From: Candidatus Nanosyncoccus sp. | Lineage (GTDB): Bacteria; Patescibacteriota; Saccharimonadia; Saccharimonadales; Saccharimonadaceae | Direction of reading: 5' to 3' | NCBI GenBank assembly: GCA_045603965.1 | Contig: JAZUND010000019.1 | Coordinates: 312 to 64,311, forward strand | Length of the DNA stretch: 64,000 bases | Shown: positions 8,204 through 17,426 of the stretch, one piece after another | How positions within the stretch are numbered: position 1 is the first letter of the stretch | Layout: every line of letters begins with the position of its first letter | Notes under the pieces: generated by a model | What the model saw: only the letters and a program-made list of their open reading frames with translations | Databases searched by the model: none | What the model was told of the DNA's origin: nothing | Made by a program: the position numbers and the translations under genes

Positions 8204-8747
8204 GTTTCTCATCTGTATATTTCGCGCGTTTTTTTGTAATCATCTTACGAATTTCATCTTCATCATTCCGTTCGGACTCTTTCAATATCGCGTCAATGGC
8301 TTCTTTCACGATACCTTTTTTCATTAACTCCATTCGGAGCCTTTTCGCCGACACTCCTTTTTTCACAAACCGATTCTCCACATACCATTCTGCGAATTTT
8401 TGATCATCCAAATACCCACGCGAATAAAACTTTTCAATCGTATCATCAATAAAACCCGAAGAAGGTTGCCTAAGCTTATTTTTCAAATACTCTCTAGTCT
8501 CTTTCTCACTTCTAGGCCTCGTAAGCACCCATTCCAACGCTCTCTGATATATCTTCCCGAACTCACTCTCCTGCCTCAATTGCGCCAGCTCGCTATCATC
8601 AATTATCTTTCCAACCTTTACACCTAAATCCACCACTTGCGCCACGCTCAAAGAAAAAGCATATTCATTATTCACATACACATTCACTCGTTCTGGATTC
8701 TTCACTCCAGATTTCAAATTGGTAATCACCAGTTTATAAATATCCAT
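8127..8747 (-). CDS. recX: Regulatory protein RecX
   Basis: RPRSEKE, GYLDDQKFAEWY, SAKRLRMELMKKGI, KLIQYLCRQGF; downstream of recA. Confidence 0.88.
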   Translation of the reverse strand: MDIYKLVITNLKSGVKNPERVNVYVNNEYAFSLSVAQVVDLGVKVGKIIDDSELAQLRQESEFGKIYQRALEWVLTRPRSEKETREYLKNKLRQPSSGFIDDTIEKFYSRGYLDDQKFAEWYVENRFVKKGVSAKRLRMELMKKGIVKEAIDAILKESERNDEDEIRKMITKKRAKYTDEKLIQYLCRQGFPYELVRELVLTSEMD

Positions 8748-9291
8748 TTTGGCGAAACCATTCTTCTAGTAATGCAAAAGTTAACTTGTCTTTTTTAAGT
8801 GGGGATTTGGCAAACTTTATCCTAAATTCTTCCGTCTCTTCAAATGGCACCCATCGCACCTCGCTTACCTCCGCGTCATCAAAGTGGAATGTCTCCGGTC
8901 TTCCAGTCCAATCCACCGCATAAATCCACGCAAAACGATTCTTATTAAATGCTCGCTCTGTCACAAATCTCAAATCACCCGCCACAATCTCCGCGCCAAT
9001 CTCTTCGCGCGTTTCTCGCACCGCCGCTTCCGCCAACGTTTCACCAAGATTGATATGACCACCCGCCGATATGTCGTAATCACCAGGGTACCTATCTATT
9101 TTGTCAGATCTTCTCTGCCACAAAAGCTCCAGCACGCCATCACTAGACCACCGAAATAGAAACACTACCGCCACCCCCACAATCGCGTCTGCACCAGTTT
9201 TTTCCGGATTATCTAGTGCTGCATCCCACCCTTCACCAGGAATCGCCTCTCCATTCGGCGCATACACTTGCCACATTTCATCCTTATGCAT
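8734..9291 (-). CDS. NUDIX hydrolase (type 1 IDI-like subfamily)
   Basis: QRRSDKIDRYPGDYDISAGGH plus Nudix box GETLAEAAVRETREEIG. Confidence 0.85.
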   Translation of the reverse strand: MHKDEMWQVYAPNGEAIPGEGWDAALDNPEKTGADAIVGVAVVFLFRWSSDGVLELLWQRRSDKIDRYPGDYDISAGGHINLGETLAEAAVRETREEIGAEIVAGDLRFVTERAFNKNRFAWIYAVDWTGRPETFHFDDAEVSEVRWVPFEETEEFRIKFAKSPLKKDKLTFALLEEWFRQNGYL

Positions 9292-9313
9292 GAACCTTAA
9301 GCTCCTTCAATTT

Positions 9314-10348
9314 CTAGGCTTCTGCTGATGCTTTTTCGCGCACCTTCGCCTCAATCTCCGCCATCAACTCTGGTTTTTCGCGGAACAACTTCTTCACCGC
9401 TTCACGTCCTTGTCCTAGTGTCTCACCATTGTATTTAATAAATGCGCCGGCTTTTTCGAGTACACCATATTGAACACCAAGATCCAATACATCACCAGAT
9501 TTCGAAATACCCTCATTATACATAATGTCAAATTCTGCTGTTCTAAATGGCGCCGCAATTTTATTTTTCACCACTTTAATCTTCGTCCGATTCCCGGCGA
9601 TATTCTCACCATCCTTAATCTGCCCAATTCGACGAATATCCACCCTTACTGACGCGTAAAACTTCAGTGCATTACCACCCGTAGTTGTCTCCGGATTTCC
9701 AAACATCACTCCAATTTTCATCCGAATCTGGTTAATAAATATCACCGTCGCCCGTGACTTTGAAATAATGCCCGTCAGCTTCCGCATCGCTTGCGACATC
9801 AGCCGTGCCTGAAGACCCATCTGCGCATCACCCATATCACCATCGATTTCCGCTTGTGGTACCAACGCCGCCACCGAATCCACCACAATTAAGTCCACTG
9901 CATTAGAGCGCACCAAAGTCTCACAAATTTCCAAAGCCTGCTCGCCATTATCGGGCTGAGAAATCAACAAATCTGCCGTGTTCACACCAATTTTCTTCGC
10001 ATAAGCTGGATCTAGCGCATGTTCCGCATCAATAAACGCCGCCTGTCCACCCTGCTTCTGAATCTCCGCAATCGCATGAAGCGCAAGCGTTGTCTTACCT
10101 GATGATTCCGGCCCATAAATTTCTATAATACGACCTTTTGGCCAACCACCGCCAAGCGCCAAATCAAGCGACAGCGATCCAGACGGCAAAAGTTCCACAT
10201 CCATTTTTGGCGTCTCGCCAAGTTTCATAATAGAACCATCACCAAACTGCTTCGTAATCTGTGCTATTGCAAGTTTCAAGGCCTCACTCTTGCCATCATT
10301 CTTCCCGCCGTCGTTAGTTTTTTCTTCCACCGCATCCTTTTTTGCCAT
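9314..10348 (-). CDS. recA: Recombinase RecA
   Basis: [59 protein letters not shown]. Confidence 0.99.
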   Translation of the reverse strand: MAKKDAVEEKTNDGGKNDGKSEALKLAIAQITKQFGDGSIMKLGETPKMDVELLPSGSLSLDLALGGGWPKGRIIEIYGPESSGKTTLALHAIAEIQKQGGQAAFIDAEHALDPAYAKKIGVNTADLLISQPDNGEQALEICETLVRSNAVDLIVVDSVAALVPQAEIDGDMGDAQMGLQARLMSQAMRKLTGIISKSRATVIFINQIRMKIGVMFGNPETTTGGNALKFYASVRVDIRRIGQIKDGENIAGNRTKIKVVKNKIAAPFRTAEFDIMYNEGISKSGDVLDLGVQYGVLEKAGAFIKYNGETLGQGREAVKKLFREKPELMAEIEAKVREKASAEA

Positions 10349-10443
10349 ATCGTATTACCTTTCTTTTCTATTGACAATTATATTATATTTTATAAAATGA
10401 AGATAGGATTGATTTTTCCAATCTTGTATGGTAGAATCAGTTT

Positions 10444-10492
10444 AAGGTTATTTCGAAATCTCTTCAGCTTCTTGCCGAGGAGATTTCTTTTT
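10444..10492 (+). ncRNA. Candidate short antisense RNA
   Basis: Promoter TTGATT(10409-14)-17-TAGAAT(10432-37); hairpin GAAATCTC/GAGATTTC followed by TTTTT; antisense to small ORF 10448-10537. Confidence 0.4.
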
Positions 10493-10537
10493 AAATTTGA
10501 TAATGATGTAATCAAGATCTAATTCTAGCTCACCCAT
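10448..10537 (-). CDS. Small protein, 29 aa (MGELELDLDYIIIKFKKKSPRQEAEEISK)
   Basis: SD AAAGGAGG directly upstream; promoter TTGCAA-17-TAAAAG at 10595-10623. Confidence 0.5.
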   Translation of the reverse strand: MGELELDLDYIIIKFKKKSPRQEAEEISK

Positions 10538-10752
10538 AACCCTCCTTTCTTCTGACCACATTTTTAAAATTGCACCATCCTATCTTCTGCCGCTCTTTTA
10601 CCACATCAAAATCGCAATTGCAACCCTACACCACTATAAATATTTCTCATGCTTTATTTACTAATTCTTATGGCAAAAACATTCATGCTCATGTTTATAT
10701 CTATCAACCTTAAGTTTTAATTTCTCACCCATTGATGTTATAATTATATAAT

Positions 10753-11832
10753 ATGATTATTCGTAAGAATGTTCCCTTATCAGAACTTACTACTATGCGA
10801 CTTGGCGGCCCCGCACGCTTTTTGATTGAAATCGAATCTGCAAGCGAAGCAGCCGAAGCCCACAAATTTGCCATCACCCACAACTTACCATATTATATTC
10901 TCGGCGGTGGCGCCAACACTATCGCGAAAGACGAAGGTTTCAATGGCGCCATTATCAGGAACATTATGACGGGTATTATAGCGGGGCGGGTGACGAACTT
11001 GGAAGGGGTTCCACGGAGCACCCAAAGGGTGGGGCCGTGGGAAGGAAAAGTCCGGCAGGACCCGCTCCACATAATAACTGTTCTAGGTGGCACCAAGTGG
11101 GACGACGTTGTCGCTTATGCTTGCAACCATAATCTCACCGGTATCGAAGCTCTCAGTAAAATCCCCGGTCTCGCCGGCGCCGCTCCGGTTCAAAACATCG
11201 GCGCCTACGGCCAAGAAATTGCCGACACTTTCATCTCCGCCGAAGCCTACGACTTCAAACGTCGCACTTATTGCACATTAGATAAACATGATTTCGGCTT
11301 TGCATATCGCAAATCAATTCTCAACACCACCGAAAAACAACGCTATCTAATTCTAAGCATCACTTTATCACTTCGCGAAGGCGAAATGCCTCGTCCTTTC
11401 TATAATTCCATTGAATCCTACATCAAAGACCACCACGAAACCGATTTCACTCCACAAAATATCCGCAAAATCGTCAGCACCATCCGCGCCGACAAATTGC
11501 CTGACCCTACCACCACGTCTAGCGCCGGATCATTCTTCAAGAATATCTACCTGACGCCAAAAGAAGCCGAAAAAGCCGAAGCAGAAGGCATCCCTGTCCA
11601 TCACGGTCACGATGGCCTTAAAATTAACTCTGGCTGGCTCATTGAACAAGCCGGTCTCAAAGGCAAATTACTGCACGGTTTTCGCATCAGCGATAAAGCC
11701 GCCCTCGTCCTCATCAACGAGTCCGCCAGCTCATATCAAGATCTCGTTGCTGCTCGCACCGAAATCATCGACACCGTTCAAGCCAAATTCGGCTTTAAAC
11801 TCTCACAAGAGCCCATGGAGTTACCACTATGA
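10753..11832 (+). CDS. murB: UDP-N-acetylmuramate dehydrogenase MurB, with an in-frame palindromic insertion
   Basis: TTMRLGGPA, LGGGAN, IPGLAGAAPVQNIGAYG, FAYRKS, SAGSFFKN, ALVLIN, LSQEP. Confidence 0.93.
   Translation: MIIRKNVPLSELTTMRLGGPARFLIEIESASEAAEAHKFAITHNLPYYILGGGANTIAKDEGFNGAIIRNIMTGIIAGRVTNLEGVPRSTQRVGPWEGKVRQDPLHIITVLGGTKWDDVVAYACNHNLTGIEALSKIPGLAGAAPVQNIGAYGQEIADTFISAEAYDFKRRTYCTLDKHDFGFAYRKSILNTTEKQRYLILSITLSLREGEMPRPFYNSIESYIKDHHETDFTPQNIRKIVSTIRADKLPDPTTTSSAGSFFKNIYLTPKEAEKAEAEGIPVHHGHDGLKINSGWLIEQAGLKGKLLHGFRISDKAALVLINESASSYQDLVAARTEIIDTVQAKFGFKLSQEPMELPL
10974..11076. repeat. G-rich palindromic element inside murB
   Basis: Nested inverted repeats: TATTAT/ATAATA, GGGGCGGGT/ACCCGCTCC, TTCCACGG/CCGTGGGAA, CACCC/GGGTG. 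Confidence 0.6.
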
Positions 11833-12611
11833 AAATCTTAAACGGTAGCGAACTGGCCGGTTTCATCAAAGAACGTCAAGCCCATCAAGTCGCCACAATG
11901 AAAAAAAAGCCCACCCTTCTCATCCTTCGCGACAACGACGACCCAGTCATCAACAAATACGTCACATTAAAACAACATTATGGCGAGGACATCGGCATCA
12001 AAGTCACAGATTACGTCGCAAATAGCACCGACACACTCCAAAAAGAACTCATTCGCGCAAGCAATGACTCGACAATTAGCGGCATCATTATTCAACTTCC
12101 TCTCACCGATAAGACCCAGACCGACGCCCTCTGCAATCTCATCGCCCCAGAAAAAGACGTTGATGGTCTCGGCATCCATAGTCATTACGATTCCGCCACC
12201 GCTACCGCCATCCTTTGGCTCCTTGCCGGCTACGACATCAATCTAAACGACAAGAAAATCGCCCTCGTCGGTCACGGCAAACTCGTTGGCAAACCCTTAG
12301 AAAAAATGCTCACAAACTCCCACTACCAAATAACCGTTTTTCATAAAGGCGATGACTTGACAAAACTTAACCAGTATGATATCATCATTACAGCCACCGG
12401 CGTTCCGGGGTTGATTTCTAGTTCCCTAGTCAAACCAGGCGCCGTTCTTGTAGATGCTGGCACCGCCTCCGAAGACGGTGTTATCAAAGGCGATGCCTCG
12501 GACGACCTACGCGCCCGCACCGATCTCACCGCCATTACCCCATTAAAAGGTGGCGTTGGTCCCATTACCGTCACTTGTCTCTTTGAACACGTCATACAAG
12601 CAGCCAATTAA
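11829..12611 (+). CDS. folD: Methylenetetrahydrofolate dehydrogenase/cyclohydrolase FolD family
   Basis: GIIIQLPL, PEKDVDG, GKLVGKPL, DIIITATG, VDAG, ITPLKGGVGPITV. Confidence 0.9.
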   Translation: MKILNGSELAGFIKERQAHQVATMKKKPTLLILRDNDDPVINKYVTLKQHYGEDIGIKVTDYVANSTDTLQKELIRASNDSTISGIIIQLPLTDKTQTDALCNLIAPEKDVDGLGIHSHYDSATATAILWLLAGYDINLNDKKIALVGHGKLVGKPLEKMLTNSHYQITVFHKGDDLTKLNQYDIIITATGVPGLISSSLVKPGAVLVDAGTASEDGVIKGDASDDLRARTDLTAITPLKGGVGPITVTCLFEHVIQAAN

Positions 12612-12616
12612 CCAAC

Positions 12617-12650
12617 AAAAATCCTCTCCTTATATAAGGAGAGGATTTTT
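12617..12650. terminator. Bidirectional intrinsic terminator
   Basis: AAAATCCTCTCCTTA/TAAGGAGAGGATTTT perfect inverted repeat between convergent genes. Confidence 0.75.
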
Positions 12651-12696
12651 TAAGTTCCCGCCCTACTTCTAGTTACCTAGTTACGAAGCGGTCAAC

Positions 12697-14397
12697 TTAC
12701 TTTAACAATTTTTTGCGGCTAGCAATAAAGTAACCGAGACCAGTCACAGTGAGACCAGCACCCACAGCACCAGCTGCAATTTCTGTCGCACCAGTATCAA
12801 CAATCCGAGTTGGAGTTGGATTTACTGGAGGATTTTCCGGGTCAGTTGGGTCAACAGGACAAGTCTTAGTAGTCACGACTTTAGCGTCGTCCTTCACTAC
12901 CTTAGAATCAATTGTTGCACTTGCCCAGTTTACTAAATCGTTGTTTTTGCCACAAGCGATGTTTTTGTCAACAACCTTAGCGGTAAATCTTACATAAGCA
13001 TTACCGTTGGCTTTATAATCACCAATGTTAATGCCACTTGTCGTTATGGTGTTCTCACTTAACAATTTACCATCTTTATTGTTGGAATTGTAAAGGTAAG
13101 TAGTATTCGCTACATATTCCAAATTTGTAGGCAAAGTATCTGTAATTTTTACATTCTTAGCTTCAGTAGAACCGGTATTGGTATATTCAATCTGGAATTC
13201 GACTTCGTCGCCAATCTTTGCGTCAACAGATTCTTTCCATTCATTCGTACCTTTGATGCGAACAGTCTTAGAAATCTTTGCATCAGCCGTAGCTGGAGTT
13301 ACACACGCAGCGCCATCCACCATCACCGAAGCGTCATCCTTAGAAACTTTAGAGTTTACAGTAGCACTCGCCCAGTTTACAAGCTGACTCTTCTTGCCAC
13401 AAGCAAGATTCTTATTCACTACCTTAGCGGTAAAACGAATGAACGCATTACCTTTTGGACCATAATTACCAATGTTGATGCCATCAGTAGTTAAAGTATC
13501 ATCATTAAGGCGCACGCCATTAGGATTGCTTGAGTTGTAAAGATAAGTTGAGCCAGCAACATATTCTACATTGTCAGGTAAAATATCGCGAATCATCACA
13601 TTCTTAGCTTCCGCAGAACCAAGGTTCTCGTACTCAATCTCGTATTCTACTTCATCACCAACTTTCACGTCCACGGATTCGCTCCAAGTCTTAGTGCCCT
13701 TGATGCGCACTGTATTAGAAAGTTTAGTAGTAATAGAATTGTGTACCTTCACCTGAATCGTCACCTGACCATCATATTCGTAACAACCAGGGATTTTACC
13801 GTCAAGCGCTTCATAACCAATTTTTACGCCAGATGTAATCACATCATTAGAAAGCGCTACAGTGCCAAGCTTAGAATTGGTATATTTTGCAGAACCATCT
13901 ACGTACTCTAGATAGAAATCTTCACTCGAAGTAAGTTTCACTTCATCCCAATAACGATTAGGAGTAGCATTTGAAGAATCGAGGTAGCCTATAATCGTAT
14001 GCTCTTTACCAACCGTAGTAGGCAAAGAGAAAGTCGCATATACATTCTCTGCAATTTTAGCAGTACCCTTAGGGCTGTTGTTGTGGACATAAAGACGAAT
14101 TGTATAGGTTTCGCCATCTTTTACAGTAATTTCGTTAGCTTTCCATACGTTGCTAGTGTCAGTGCTTACCTTAGCACCTACGAAATTCCGCTCGTCACCA
14201 ATTTTACCATTGGTGATAGAGTTGAAAGTAATGGTGTCACCAAGTTTACCCGCATTGATCTCATCAAGCGTATAAACTGGACGGCCATTAGCCGAGTCAC
14301 CCCAAGCAAGCACGCTTGTCGTTGGGACGACGATGCTTGTGCCAGCCACTATTGCAGCAGCCGCCACACTTAAAATAGATTTATAAACTTTATTCAT
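12697..14397 (-). CDS. Secreted surface protein with two DUF11-like repeats and a C-terminal sorting-signal-like tail
   Basis: Signal peptide; two about 135-aa repeats (KLSNTVRIKG...; KISKTVRIKG...); ends IVDTG + hydrophobic helix + RKKLLK. Confidence 0.8.
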   Translation of the reverse strand: MNKVYKSILSVAAAAIVAGTSIVVPTTSVLAWGDSANGRPVYTLDEINAGKLGDTITFNSITNGKIGDERNFVGAKVSTDTSNVWKANEITVKDGETYTIRLYVHNNSPKGTAKIAENVYATFSLPTTVGKEHTIIGYLDSSNATPNRYWDEVKLTSSEDFYLEYVDGSAKYTNSKLGTVALSNDVITSGVKIGYEALDGKIPGCYEYDGQVTIQVKVHNSITTKLSNTVRIKGTKTWSESVDVKVGDEVEYEIEYENLGSAEAKNVMIRDILPDNVEYVAGSTYLYNSSNPNGVRLNDDTLTTDGINIGNYGPKGNAFIRFTAKVVNKNLACGKKSQLVNWASATVNSKVSKDDASVMVDGAACVTPATADAKISKTVRIKGTNEWKESVDAKIGDEVEFQIEYTNTGSTEAKNVKITDTLPTNLEYVANTTYLYNSNNKDGKLLSENTITTSGINIGDYKANGNAYVRFTAKVVDKNIACGKNNDLVNWASATIDSKVVKDDAKVVTTKTCPVDPTDPENPPVNPTPTRIVDTGATEIAAGAVGAGLTVTGLGYFIASRKKLLK

Positions 14398-14558
14398 AAT
14401 AATCCTTTCTAAATCTATATTAAAGTTAATAATTTGTTATTAATTACTTCTCGCTGACAAAAACCATCAAAACGATTATCATCAGCTAACCTTTATTGCT
14501 ATCCGAATTGTTAAAATTCGTCTGCAACCGAATCGTCTCAAATTTTAAATCTTGGGTC

Positions 14559-14587
14559 TAGCCCAGCGAGTTAAACCCGCTGGGCTA
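14559..14587. terminator. Intrinsic terminator after the 14613-16517 gene
   Basis: TAGCCCAGCG/CGCTGGGCTA perfect 10-bp stem. Confidence 0.7.
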
Positions 14588-14612
14588 TTAAAGTACTTGC
14601 TATACACCCGCG

Positions 14613-16517
14613 TTAGTCAGGCCTTGTAATATGCGCCTCCGTTTGTCCGTTCACGGCCACCCCTCCGTCAGTCCGAACATAACTTTCTACCGGAGCCGCA
14701 GTATCAATACCACCATTTCCCGTACCATTATCAGCGTTGCTGATTACTTCTGTTCCAGACGGTGCTGACACAGTCGGCGTGTTGGGGTCACCCCCAACTT
14801 TCTGGCCTGCTTCAGTCGCAGCCGTCACATGGGTCATTTCTGCCCTATATTCATCATAGGACATCGTATCAGAATTGGTCGGCGTATCTGCCGAGGAAAA
14901 CCAAGAACCCACACCGTTATTGGTAGAGCTTCCCGGACCCGGGTCATCATCCTTGCCAACATCGGTTCCATTAGTCGGATCTTTATGATACGGAGTATCA
15001 GAGCTGTTTGGTCCAGAACCGGGATTGTCATTTCCGCCAGGATTGATGCCACCACCAGTTCCAGCCTTCGCCTCAATCGGCGGCTGATAGCCACAGGCCA
15101 ACTTATACAACGCTTCCGCATTTGTATAGCCAGTCCTGATTTTGAACACCAGGAACCAAGCCTGCTCATTGTGCGCCTTCGCGATCACCTTCGGCATTTT
15201 GATGGTCTGATTCCCGGAAGAACCATAGCCACCATAACCGTAGTTGTTCGCATACAGGTTGACCGTATTGTTCGGGTTCATGTACATCAAGCCCTTCACA
15301 TCGCTTCGCTGCGTTATTTCAACAGCCTGCACGATGTTAGAATTGTTTAATGTTCTGATGAACTCTTCCACCACGGCTCTGTACAGAGTCTGGTCTTTGA
15401 CAAATTCCACTGCTCTGGCATTGATATTATCAAGCCACCGCTGGGGGTCTTTGTCATATTTAACGCCACTGATATTGGTGCCTGCCACATAGTCAAAATA
15501 GGCTATGTCAGCCGCACCCAGCACCGGGTCGTTCCAGATTCTTGCCAACATATCATTGACATAATCTGTCACAATCCAGCCATCTCTGTACGGATTCGGA
15601 CCAAAGTCATTGTCATTGGATGCAAGTCCGTCGCTTTGAATGGTCAAGTTGTAAAATGTCCACCACTCAACCAGCTGGCCATTATAACCGTACTGGTTAC
15701 CGCCATACTGATTGCCATTATACTGACCGTTGTTACCATTCCAAACACCATAATTCGGCTGCGCCGTCGGCATCGGAGTCGGCTGTACTGTCGGCATCGG
15801 AGTCGGCTGTACTGTCGGCATCGGAGTCGCAGTAGCTACAGGTTGCAAAGTCGGCTCCGGAGTTACCTCCATCACCACTGCTTCCTGCATTTCCTGTTCC
15901 TGGATCCTGTTCGCCAAGTTGACGATCCTGCCACTAAAGGCAAACAAAAGCAACGTGATGAGAATGCCGAGGATCACTATCCAAATAACGAACAGTGCCC
16001 AATTCGGATGATCTTTGTACCTCAGCAGTCCGACCAACGCCGAACCTTCACACAACGTCCCTACGATGTACGGAAGGCTAGTCAAAGCGACAATCAGGAC
16101 CACAAATCTACTAATCGTAGACCATCTGACCAAGTTTTCGCTCGCTCTTCCTGCCAACATCATGCAAATCGCCATCAACAGCAACCAGCAGAAGAAAGCC
16201 TTCCAAGTTGCACCGCCCTTAGCAAACCACCAGGCAAGATAAATCATCATGCCAATAGTCACCACCAACGCTACCGCTTGCAGAAACCACAGTTCGCCAA
16301 ACTTTGTCACGACAAATCTCGTCGCGCCAATCAACACGCCGAGAATCACAGCCCGCGTCCAGTCCTCCGGATCGCCAAAAGCGCCAGAGTTAAACTTTTT
16401 CCGCGTACCGTTCTTCTCATCTTCCACTTCCACGAACAGCCCCTGCTGCATAAAAGCGAGGTTAATCACCATCGCCCACAGGGTTACGAAAATTGCCAGT
16501 AAAATAGCTCCTATCAT
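14613..16517 (-). CDS. Orphan multi-pass membrane protein with Pro/Thr linker and large extracellular C-terminal region
   Basis: Several hydrophobic helices, PTPMPTVQ repeats, NGQY repeats, Gly/Asn-rich tail. Start moved to ATG 16517 (SD AAGGAGG 8 nt upstream). Confidence 0.75.
   Translation of the reverse strand: MIGAILLAIFVTLWAMVINLAFMQQGLFVEVEDEKNGTRKKFNSGAFGDPEDWTRAVILGVLIGATRFVVTKFGELWFLQAVALVVTIGMMIYLAWWFAKGGATWKAFFCWLLLMAICMMLAGRASENLVRWSTISRFVVLIVALTSLPYIVGTLCEGSALVGLLRYKDHPNWALFVIWIVILGILITLLLFAFSGRIVNLANRIQEQEMQEAVVMEVTPEPTLQPVATATPMPTVQPTPMPTVQPTPMPTAQPNYGVWNGNNGQYNGNQYGGNQYGYNGQLVEWWTFYNLTIQSDGLASNDNDFGPNPYRDGWIVTDYVNDMLARIWNDPVLGAADIAYFDYVAGTNISGVKYDKDPQRWLDNINARAVEFVKDQTLYRAVVEEFIRTLNNSNIVQAVEITQRSDVKGLMYMNPNNTVNLYANNYGYGGYGSSGNQTIKMPKVIAKAHNEQAWFLVFKIRTGYTNAEALYKLACGYQPPIEAKAGTGGGINPGGNDNPGSGPNSSDTPYHKDPTNGTDVGKDDDPGPGSSTNNGVGSWFSSADTPTNSDTMSYDEYRAEMTHVTAATEAGQKVGGDPNTPTVSAPSGTEVISNADNGTGNGGIDTAAPVESYVRTDGGVAVNGQTEAHITRPD
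15766..15829. repeat. 24-bp tandem repeat, about 2.7 copies, encoding PTPMPTVQ
   Basis: GTCGGCATCGGAGTCGGCTGTACT twice plus a partial copy. Confidence 0.9.
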
Positions 16518-16772
16518 TTTAGGCGCCTCCTTCATAAAAATATTGGAGGCATACCGCCTCCGAGTTGGGGGTGGTATAAAGATGTATAGCTCAGGTTTTA
16601 AAACCTGAGATGATTCGGTTGTTAATGGTCGTCTTCTTTTAAACACACCTTTAAATTCAGACTACTTTCATTGTATCACACTTCGCCATTTTTGTCAATA
16701 GCATTATCATTATTTTACGCTTATGTCTATAATAAGAAGAACCAGGTCGTAAAACCTGGTTTTCTAAGGTGC

Positions 16773-17426
16773 TTAGCACTTGGGGAAACGACGCGGAAAA
16801 CACTTCCGCGCCTCCTTCGGAGACAGCTTGTGGTCAATCCGGCCCTTATCGTACCATACCGGCACGAATTCCACGCCCTCAACCCCATCGGGGCTGAAGT
16901 AGATGGCCGTCAGCAGATCGGTGCAAGGCATCATCTCCTCAGCCTCCCAATCCCAGTAGTAATATGCCATACCAGGACCAGTTCTGAGATGAGCCGGACC
17001 AAACGCATAGGGCGCTTCTTCCTCAGCTTCTTCCTCATCCACCTCCGGAGCCGGTTCGGGCTTCCGTGCCGGCTGTTTGGGTTTCGGAGTCACCCTCGGC
17101 GCCGGCTTAGCCGGTTTCACCGGCTCGGGCTCAATCTCTTCTTCAGACTCCACTTCCGGTTCGTCCTCAGGTTCCGGCTCAGACACTCCCTGCGACTTAC
17201 CGCCGAAAACATCTGCCATCTCCAGGAACGCCATGCGGAACTTTTCCGCCGCATCCCGAGAGAGATAAATCCCGTTCTCCTCGATTTTTGCCGCAGGCTG
17301 CGGCTTCTGAGCTTCCGGCTTCTTTGCCGGAGCGGGCTTCGTCGCCGGTTTCGTCACAGCCTTCTCTGTAACCTTCTGGGCTGCCGCCTGACTTACTTTC
17401 TGATTCTTCGGATATTTCGCGTTCAT
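16773..17426 (-). CDS. Orphan low-complexity Pro/Glu/Lys/Ala-rich protein (217 aa)
   Basis: SD GGAGGG; promoter TTGACA-17-TATAAT at 17474-17502; hairpin AACCAGG/CCTGGTT after the stop. Confidence 0.7.
   Translation of the reverse strand: MNAKYPKNQKVSQAAAQKVTEKAVTKPATKPAPAKKPEAQKPQPAAKIEENGIYLSRDAAEKFRMAFLEMADVFGGKSQGVSEPEPEDEPEVESEEEIEPEPVKPAKPAPRVTPKPKQPARKPEPAPEVDEEEAEEEAPYAFGPAHLRTGPGMAYYYWDWEAEEMMPCTDLLTAIYFSPDGVEGVEFVPVWYDKGRIDHKLSPKEARKCFPRRFPKC

Noticed and set aside
10661-10732. Possible 23-aa ORF MGEKLKLKVDRYKHEHECFCHKN starting like the 29-aa ORF (ATGGGTGAG)
   Set aside because: No SD, and the 10-nt spacing from TATAAT does not fit the leaderless pattern; the 9-nt match may be chance.
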